Part shown: piece after piece, positions 57,521 to 64,000 of the stretch
Numbering within the stretch: the first letter of the stretch is position 1
How the letters are laid out: each line of letters starts with the position of its first letter
Assembly (NCBI GenBank): GCA_964349125.1
Contig: CAYGFH010000001.1
Span: 197,408 to 261,407, forward strand
DNA from: an uncultured Gammaproteobacteria bacterium
Lineage (GTDB): Bacteria > Patescibacteriota > Microgenomatia > UBA10105 > UBA927
Direction of reading: 5' to 3'
DNA length: 64,000 nt
Position numbers and translations under genes: made by a program
Notes under the pieces: generated by a model
Seen by the model: only the letters and a program-made list of their open reading frames with translations
What the model was told of the DNA's origin: nothing
Database searches by the model: none

Positions 57521-58750
57521 TTAGCGAAATATTTTTTTGACCTTCTCCAGGCCCTCAACCAGCATGTCTATATCGTTGTATGTCGTATACACATAAAATG
57601 AAGCTCTGGCTGTCGCGGCAATTCCCAGTGATATATGAAGAGGCATAGCGCAATGATTCCCTGACCGTATACAGATATTATCCTCATTCAATACCTGTGC
57701 GATGTCATGGGCGTGTGCCCCCTTGAGAGTAAACGCCATAACACCGCCTTTCACCGCGTTATCAGTTGGTCCATATATGCGAATCCCGGAAATACGGGAA
57801 AGCGCTTTTTGTGCATGAGAAACCATATCTTTCTCATGATCCCGTATGGCGTCCATCCCCAGCGATGATAAATAGTCAACCGCCGCGCCAAACCCAATTA
57901 CACCTGCTATATGTGGTGTACCCGCTTCAAATTTATGTGGCGGTTTCTTAAACAGTGACCTGTCCTCACGTACATCTTCGATCATTTCCCCACCGTACAG
58001 AAACGGAGACATGTGCTCCAACACTTCATACTTCCCCCACAACACGCCAATCCCGGTAGGACCGAGCATTTTGTGCGAAGAAAACACGACTATATCCGCA
58101 CCCCATTTCATGACATCGATCGGCATATGTGGTGCGGCTTGTGCCGCATCAACAACGACCAAGCAGTTTTGATTTATTTTTTTTACACGTTTTACTATTT
58201 CTTCGATGGGCGTTATCGTCCCCAACACGTTTGAGAGCGCGGTAACTGCGAGCACTTTTGTTTTTGGCGTGATAAGCGTATCGAGCTGGGAAATATCCAG
58301 CTGACCATCTTCAGTTGTGCGCCAAATATCTATAGCCCATCCCCTGTCTTTCCCTAACTGTTGCCAGGGAACAAAATTGGAGTGGTGCTCCATGATGCTG
58401 AGGACAACGCGGTCTCCTGTGTGAATTTCTGACAGACCATAGCTGTACGCAAACAGATTAATTGATTCAGACGCATTCCGAGTAAACACCACCTCATCGG
58501 CATTTTTTGCTCCAATAAATGTGGCTACTTTTTTTCTGGCATTCTCATACTCCTCGGTGGCTTCTTCACTTGTCGTATAAATACCGCGGAAAATATTTGC
58601 GGTATACCGAGTGTAATACTCGTTTTCCTTATCTATGACGGCTTGGGGTTTCAACGACGTAGCAGTTGAATCCAAATAGACGATACGTTTTCCGTTTATC
58701 TGCCGCTGTAATTGGGGGAAATCTGCTGTACAATCTCTGATTGTTTTCAT
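57521..58750 (-). CDS. sufS: Cysteine desulfurase SufS
   Basis: Class V aminotransferase fold; SSHKMLGPTGIGVLWGK PLP-lysine region; HHSN; C-terminal catalytic Cys region. Confidence 0.9.
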   Translation of the reverse strand: MKTIRDCTADFPQLQRQINGKRIVYLDSTATSLKPQAVIDKENEYYTRYTANIFRGIYTTSEEATEEYENARKKVATFIGAKNADEVVFTRNASESINLFAYSYGLSEIHTGDRVVLSIMEHHSNFVPWQQLGKDRGWAIDIWRTTEDGQLDISQLDTLITPKTKVLAVTALSNVLGTITPIEEIVKRVKKINQNCLVVVDAAQAAPHMPIDVMKWGADIVVFSSHKMLGPTGIGVLWGKYEVLEHMSPFLYGGEMIEDVREDRSLFKKPPHKFEAGTPHIAGVIGFGAAVDYLSSLGMDAIRDHEKDMVSHAQKALSRISGIRIYGPTDNAVKGGVMAFTLKGAHAHDIAQVLNEDNICIRSGNHCAMPLHISLGIAATARASFYVYTTYNDIDMLVEGLEKVKKIFR

Positions 58751-58753
58751 AGG

Positions 58754-59062
58754 TTAAGTGATCTGCACCAACACATCAGTCCCTTCTACTTTCGTTTCAT
58801 ACGTGGCCACGTCTACTGTCGCGGGAAGCGATAAGGCTTCTCCTGTCGTAACATCGAACTGCGCGCCATGACAACTGCAGATAATCGCGCTCCCATCCAA
58901 AAATCCGGATGTACCCAGTGAGCACTGTTGATGCGTGCAGGTGTCGTCAATCGCAAAAAAATCCCCATCGACATTTGCGATGGCTATCCGCTTGCCCAGT
59001 ACTATGACTGTTTTTTTTGTACCCGGAGCGATTTCGCTAGTTGTTGCAGCTTTCGTAAACAT
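58754..59062 (-). CDS. Rieske [2Fe-2S] domain protein within the suf operon
   Basis: CTHQQCSLG...CSCHGAQF Rieske CxH...CxxH ligands. Confidence 0.8.
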   Translation of the reverse strand: MFTKAATTSEIAPGTKKTVIVLGKRIAIANVDGDFFAIDDTCTHQQCSLGTSGFLDGSAIICSCHGAQFDVTTGEALSLPATVDVATYETKVEGTDVLVQIT

Positions 59063-59077
59063 ATGTGCGTAGTGTTA

Positions 59078-59701
59078 TTATATCGCCATAGCGACAGATT
59101 GAAAAAGTGTTTCTCTCATTTTCAGGTCTTCCAGCATATCGATTCCTTTTTGAAAAAATCCGGAAATTATGAGGGGCTCTGCCATAGTCTTGGAAATACC
59201 TCTTGTGGCTAGATACCATAATTCCTCTTCTGAAATTGGCCCCATGGTAGCTCCGTGAGTACACCGTACATCATCAGCAAGAATCTCCAACGACGGTTTG
59301 CTTGTCGCTACAGCGAGTGGCGATAACAATAAATTTTCATTGCGCTGATAGGCATTTGTTTTCTGCGCGCCCACGGCAACACTGATTCCACCTTCTATGC
59401 ATGATTGTGCGCTGTCCCAAAGAGCAGATTTCACCAATAAATTACTGGTGGTATCCGGAGACTCATGGTATTGCATCGTATGCAAATTAATACGGGCGTC
59501 TTTTTTTGCCACAATGAGCCCGAGAATCGTAGCTGTAGCTCCGGGACTCGCCAGATGAACCGCCACTCGTGCGTTCACCTCTGTCTGATTAAATGATTGG
59601 ATGACAAGTGTACACGCGGCGTTATTTTTTACTATATATTCGTGCACAGAATCACCTTCAGGAAGCAGGACGATAATTGTTTTTGATGCAGATATAATCA
59701 T
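59078..59701 (-). CDS. sufD: SufD-like Fe-S assembly protein (short form)
   Basis: C-terminal SufB/D signature DDVRCTHGATMGPISEEELWYLATRGIS. Confidence 0.7.
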   Translation of the reverse strand: MIISASKTIIVLLPEGDSVHEYIVKNNAACTLVIQSFNQTEVNARVAVHLASPGATATILGLIVAKKDARINLHTMQYHESPDTTSNLLVKSALWDSAQSCIEGGISVAVGAQKTNAYQRNENLLLSPLAVATSKPSLEILADDVRCTHGATMGPISEEELWYLATRGISKTMAEPLIISGFFQKGIDMLEDLKMRETLFQSVAMAI

Positions 59702-59777
59702 ACGGTTATCCTACTGATCCTTCTCCCGCTGTAGCGGGATTTCGCCACGACTTTCGTCGAGGCTCAACATTTGTTAC

Positions 59778-61172
59778 TTACCCGACTGATCCTTCCATTT
59801 GTAGTTGGATAAGGCGGTTCATTTCTACGGCGTATTCCAGTGGGAGTTCTTTCACGATCGGCTCTATGAATCCGTTTACGATCATGGATTCTGCCTGTAC
59901 TTTGTCTATGCCTCTGCTTTGCAGATAGAACAGTTGTTCGTCGCCTATTTTTGAAACAGTTGCCTCGTGTTCAATTGCTACATCTTTTTCATGTATATTC
60001 ATCGTCGGATAGGTATCGGAGCGGGACGCGTCGTCCAGGAGCAGTGCATCACATACGACTTTGCTTTTTACATTTGTCGCGCCTTTTCGTACCTCCACAA
60101 GTCCACGGTATGACGTTCGACCTCCCGATTTACTTATGGATTTGGAAATAATCTGGGAGGAGGTTTCAGGAGCAACGTGTATCATTTTTCCACCTGCGTC
60201 CTGATGTTGCCCCTCGCCCGCGTAGGCAATGGATAATACTTCTCCATGAGCTTTACGTCCGACCAAATAGACACTCGGATACTTCATCGTCACTTTACTG
60301 CCAAGGTTACCATCCACCCATTCCATCACTCCTTCTTCTTCCACTTTCGCCCGTTTGGTTACCAGATTATACACATTTGTACTCCAGTTTTGGATTGTTG
60401 TGTAGCGTACTCTGGCACCTTTTTTTACAATAATCTCAACAACTGCGCTGTGAAGTGAATCGGTTGTATAAATTGGCGCTGTACAGCCTTCGACATAGTG
60501 AACAAAGCTTCCTTCATCCGCAATAATAAGTGTCCGTTCAAATTGACCCATATTCGCTGCGTTAATCCTAAAATACGCCTGAAGAGGTAATTCCACATGC
60601 ACCCCTTTCGGGACATAGACAAACGATCCACCACTCCAAACGCTGCTGTTGAGAGCGGCAAATTTATTGTCAGCGGGAGGAATGACTGTACCGAAATATT
60701 GCCGTACCAACTCCGGATATTCCCGAAGACCGCTATCCATGTCCAGAAAGACAACGCCTTTTTTTGTAAGCATCTCATTCATGCTTTTGTAGACAACTTC
60801 AGACTCATACTGGGCACTCACACCTGCGAGGTACTTTTTTTCCGCCTCCGGAATGCCAATTCTATCGTAGGTATCTTTGATACTTTTTGGGAGATCCTCC
60901 CAGGAGGATACCTTGTCCGCGATTGGCTTTATGTAGTAAAAAATAGAATCAAACTGAATCCCTGAGAGGTCTCCTCCCCAAGAGGGCATCGGTTTGGCAG
61001 TATAGAACATGTAACTTCGTTGCCTGAATTTACGCATCCATTCCGGCTCATTTTTATGATTACTGATCGCAGTAATGACCCCGGCATCCAGCCCTCGTTT
61101 GGACTTAAACACATAGTCCTCGGGTTTATGAAATCCAAATTTATAGGAATCGTCAAATACAGGTTTCGACAT
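59778..61172 (-). CDS. sufB: Fe-S cluster assembly protein SufB
   Basis: Full-length SufB with ...[13 protein letters not shown]...MIVNGF C-terminal signature. Confidence 0.9.
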   Translation of the reverse strand: MSKPVFDDSYKFGFHKPEDYVFKSKRGLDAGVITAISNHKNEPEWMRKFRQRSYMFYTAKPMPSWGGDLSGIQFDSIFYYIKPIADKVSSWEDLPKSIKDTYDRIGIPEAEKKYLAGVSAQYESEVVYKSMNEMLTKKGVVFLDMDSGLREYPELVRQYFGTVIPPADNKFAALNSSVWSGGSFVYVPKGVHVELPLQAYFRINAANMGQFERTLIIADEGSFVHYVEGCTAPIYTTDSLHSAVVEIIVKKGARVRYTTIQNWSTNVYNLVTKRAKVEEEGVMEWVDGNLGSKVTMKYPSVYLVGRKAHGEVLSIAYAGEGQHQDAGGKMIHVAPETSSQIISKSISKSGGRTSYRGLVEVRKGATNVKSKVVCDALLLDDASRSDTYPTMNIHEKDVAIEHEATVSKIGDEQLFYLQSRGIDKVQAESMIVNGFIEPIVKELPLEYAVEMNRLIQLQMEGSVG

Positions 61173-61248
61173 ATGAGAGTATAGTAAGTTCTATGTGCTA
61201 AATTCTGAGTTCTACGTTATTGAACTTAGTACTTTGTGATCGTAATAC

Positions 61249-62076
61249 TTATGAGAGATATTTTTCGTACCCCTCTTCTTCAATTTCTTTTGCAAGTGTC
61301 CCGTCACCCGTTTTTACCATATTGCCTTTCACGAGTATATGAACCTTGTCGGGATTCAGGTACTTCAGTATTCGCTGATAATGTGTCACTATAAGGATAC
61401 CGGTTCCGCGTTTAGCAAGAATTCCGATTCCCTTGGCAACCAGTCGAAGCGCATCAACATCGAGTCCTGTGTCTATTTCATCGAACATGGCAAACTTGGG
61501 TCGCAGTACAAGTGCCTGCAGCATCTCCACTTTTTTCTTTTCACCACCTGAAAATCCGTCATGTATCCCCCTACTCAGAAACGAATCTTCGATCTTCAAT
61601 AATTTTGCATCTTCTTTTATCCTCTTCATAAACTCCACAATTGTCATACCTCCCGCACTCCATCTGCGGCTAAGTACTGGGTTTTGGATTTTTGCCTCTG
61701 CTTTCACAGACTTGTCAGGAAAAATCTGGGCAAATGATGTCCGCAACAGGTTTAACACACTCACTCCAGGCACGGAAATTGGTGATTGGAACGCGAGAAA
61801 GAGTCCTTCTTTAGCTCTGTCCTCCGGGTTCATATCGTGAATTGCTTTCTTGTCTATGATAATTTGCGACTTGGGATTTGTGATCTGATAGTGCGGGTGT
61901 CCCATTATGACATTTGCAAACGTTGATTTTCCGCTGCCGTTAGGTCCCATGAGTGCATGGATCTCGCCTGAGCGGATCGTGAGAGAGACATCGGTAAGAA
62001 TTTCTTTAGTCCCGACGGATGCTTTTATATGCCTGATATCCAATAAATGCTGTTCCATAATCTCTGCATTATACAA
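61249..62076 (-). CDS. sufC: Fe-S cluster assembly ATPase SufC
   Basis: Walker A GPNGSGKST, signature LSGGEKKK, Walker B MFDEIDTGLD. Confidence 0.95.
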   Translation of the reverse strand: MYNAEIMEQHLLDIRHIKASVGTKEILTDVSLTIRSGEIHALMGPNGSGKSTFANVIMGHPHYQITNPKSQIIIDKKAIHDMNPEDRAKEGLFLAFQSPISVPGVSVLNLLRTSFAQIFPDKSVKAEAKIQNPVLSRRWSAGGMTIVEFMKRIKEDAKLLKIEDSFLSRGIHDGFSGGEKKKVEMLQALVLRPKFAMFDEIDTGLDVDALRLVAKGIGILAKRGTGILIVTHYQRILKYLNPDKVHILVKGNMVKTGDGTLAKEIEEEGYEKYLS

Positions 62077-62090
62077 AATTGTGAGAATTA

Positions 62091-62879
62091 TTACAGTTTA
62101 GAAACAACTCTGTCATTTTTACCCATGAAAATTTCACGGACTCCATGCATACGGAATATGTAGTATTCCTGCTTAACCAATGGGTTATGTGGCAAAGACA
62201 AAAATCTGGTCACATCCTCCGTCTGAGATACATGACATTTTAGCGCTCGTTTTTTCACCTGCTGGAACCCTTCGGTGCTGATAACAGTTGTTATAAACTT
62301 ATCCTCGACCCCTTTCCACGGCTTACCAAAAGACTCTTCGGGGAAAATTTTCTTCTTTTTCAAATACTCCACGACTGAGTCAGGAACACAGGAGTAGTAC
62401 AGCTTGGGATCCGCTTCTTCGGTATACTCAGGATTGTCCTTTAATGCATTTTTAATCTGTGCGGCATACTTTTGAAACGCGAATGTGGCCGCAAAGCTAA
62501 GCCTCACATGATCTGGGTGATTACTTATCCCGGTCGTATCGAATGTGATAACAATATCCGGGATTAACTCCACCATTTTCTGATATACAATTTCCTCCAA
62601 TTCACCGGGAGGATCAAATTTGAGATCACCATCGATATACTTCAGGAACGTAATCGTTGAGATTCCGAGGTGTGACGCGGCGTTTTCCAATTCTTTTTGT
62701 CTTATGATACCAAGCTCTTCGGGTGTTTTTTCTCCGAGAGGGCCGGTCTCACCTTTTTCCCCACGGGTTGCGCAAATTAAATCGATCGTCCAACCGGCCT
62801 TGGCGTATTTTGCGATCGTGGCGGCAGAAGTGAACGATTCATCATCAGGATGGGCAAATACCAATAACATTCTTTTCAT
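62091..62879 (-). CDS. PIG-L/LmbE family N-acetylglucosaminyl deacetylase
   Basis: LVFAHPDDESF motif and downstream His/Asp metal ligands characteristic of LmbE-like proteins. Confidence 0.8.
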   Translation of the reverse strand: MKRMLLVFAHPDDESFTSAATIAKYAKAGWTIDLICATRGEKGETGPLGEKTPEELGIIRQKELENAASHLGISTITFLKYIDGDLKFDPPGELEEIVYQKMVELIPDIVITFDTTGISNHPDHVRLSFAATFAFQKYAAQIKNALKDNPEYTEEADPKLYYSCVPDSVVEYLKKKKIFPEESFGKPWKGVEDKFITTVISTEGFQQVKKRALKCHVSQTEDVTRFLSLPHNPLVKQEYYIFRMHGVREIFMGKNDRVVSKL

Positions 62880-62936
62880 GAGCGTACTATACCAGAGCAG
62901 TATAAGGATTCATAGTCATTTTTGTTATAATGAGCT

Positions 62937-63800
62937 GTGGACATCAAAATTGACTACCCAACAGAGTGGACTGAGTATGAGCTTCTGGACTCAGGTGACG
63001 GGGAAAAAATCGAACGATTTGGCACATACATGATCGCCAGGCCGGATCCACGGGCACTGTGGCAAAAAACAAATCCGCAGGTATGGGAAACCGCCAACGC
63101 GACGTTCACCCGCACAGATCCCAAGACCGGCACATGGGACATACGGACTAAACCGCCAACACCATGGACACTTCGGTATAAAGCGCTTACCTTTACACTT
63201 CGTCCAACCGAGTTTAAACACGTGGGTATCTTCCCTGAGCAGGCGGCAAATTGGAACTGGCTTGAATCAACTATTCAAGGTAGGCCATTAAACGTGTTGA
63301 ATCTATTCGCCTATACCGGTGGGGCAACCATGGCATGTCTCGCAGCAGGCGCCAAAGTAACGCATGTAGATGCTGCCAAAAGCACTATAGTCTGGGCAAA
63401 AGAGAACCTTGCTGCATCATCACTCACGGAAAAACCAATCAGATGGATAGAAGATGATGCATATAAATTTGTCATGAGAGAAAGTAAACGGGGAAATACG
63501 TATGACGGGATAATTTTGGACCCGCCCAGATTTGGCCGTGGATCAAAGGGAGAAGTATGGAAATTAGAGGAACACCTTCCCCAGCTTCTCGTTGCCTGCA
63601 AACGTATTTTATCCTCATCACCCGCCTTTGTACTTATCAACGCCTACACAGCGGATATATCACCGATAGTGCTGGATAGACTCATGGGAGATATGACGAC
63701 AGAATTGGGAGGAACTGTTGAGTCAGGTGAGCTGACACTCAAAGAATCATCCTCCGGCAGACTGTTGCCGAACGGCATTTTTTCCCGATGGTCAATGTAA
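62937..63800 (+). CDS. Class I SAM-dependent methyltransferase (RlmI/YccW-like rRNA MTase fold, DPP motif)
   Basis: NLFAYTGGATMA (motif I), ILDPPRFG (DPPxF motif), C-terminal helical region. Confidence 0.6.
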   Translation: MDIKIDYPTEWTEYELLDSGDGEKIERFGTYMIARPDPRALWQKTNPQVWETANATFTRTDPKTGTWDIRTKPPTPWTLRYKALTFTLRPTEFKHVGIFPEQAANWNWLESTIQGRPLNVLNLFAYTGGATMACLAAGAKVTHVDAAKSTIVWAKENLAASSLTEKPIRWIEDDAYKFVMRESKRGNTYDGIILDPPRFGRGSKGEVWKLEEHLPQLLVACKRILSSSPAFVLINAYTADISPIVLDRLMGDMTTELGGTVESGELTLKESSSGRLLPNGIFSRWSM

Positions 63801-64000
63801 GTAGGTATCTAGTTCGGCACGCCAGAAACTTGCGCAAATAATTGCCAAATCGGGAAATATATCCTGTCTTATCGGAAAGATGAGAACCTATTGAACAATA
63901 AAATTCTGAATATTTTGTGTACGAGTACATATCGTATCCATTTAGGAATTCTATCGGTGTAATATATCCTTTGACATAGCTCTATAGTATATTTTCTGAA

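Overview
This 64 kb window looks like a small-genome, fermentative bacterium, possibly a Patescibacteria/CPR-like lineage (inference from gene content and compact, overlapping genes). RF2 is intact, so the standard genetic code is assumed. Most of the window is dense core genome, largely on the minus strand. Core gene content, in order: the t6A module tsaE-tsaC-tsaB, a VanZ-like gene, ftsE-ftsX with an M23/EnvC-like peptidase, prfB, ruvCAB, a DsbA-like oxidoreductase, an hsp20 with a CIRCE-like operator, a LOG-family protein, secA, serS, rdgB, a lysS fused to an HD domain, an HDAC-family deacetylase, greA, a Kelch-repeat protein, xfp (phosphoketolase)-ackA, a DUF1003 protein, rnhB, an M29 aminopeptidase, a cold-shock protein, glgA, pdxS-pdxT, a class A beta-lactamase-like protein, lon, korAB (2-oxoacid:ferredoxin oxidoreductase) with a ferredoxin, a complete suf operon (sufCBD-Rieske-sufS-sufU), and an LmbE-like deacetylase. 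The main accessory feature is an AT-rich integrated element of about 8.3 kb at roughly 27.98-36.28 kb. It is inserted at the 3' end of a tRNA-Glu(CUC) gene and carries a large serine recombinase whose ORF runs into the tRNA on the opposite strand. A degenerate repeat of the tRNA 3' end sits at the far end. Its cargo is an XRE repressor with TTAGC operator repeats, a phage-like AT-hook protein, a standalone CheY-like receiver, and a plus-strand cassette consisting of a membrane protein, an OLD-family ATPase+Toprim nuclease, and two further membrane proteins. I flag this cassette as a candidate uncharacterised anti-phage (abortive-infection-like) system. Other signals worth a second look: a lysS-HD fusion, a structured 380-nt intergenic region with an intrinsic terminator upstream of serS, tandem heptanucleotide repeats at the sufS-sufU junction and inside sufU, and a leader with alternative pairings upstream of the DUF1003 gene.
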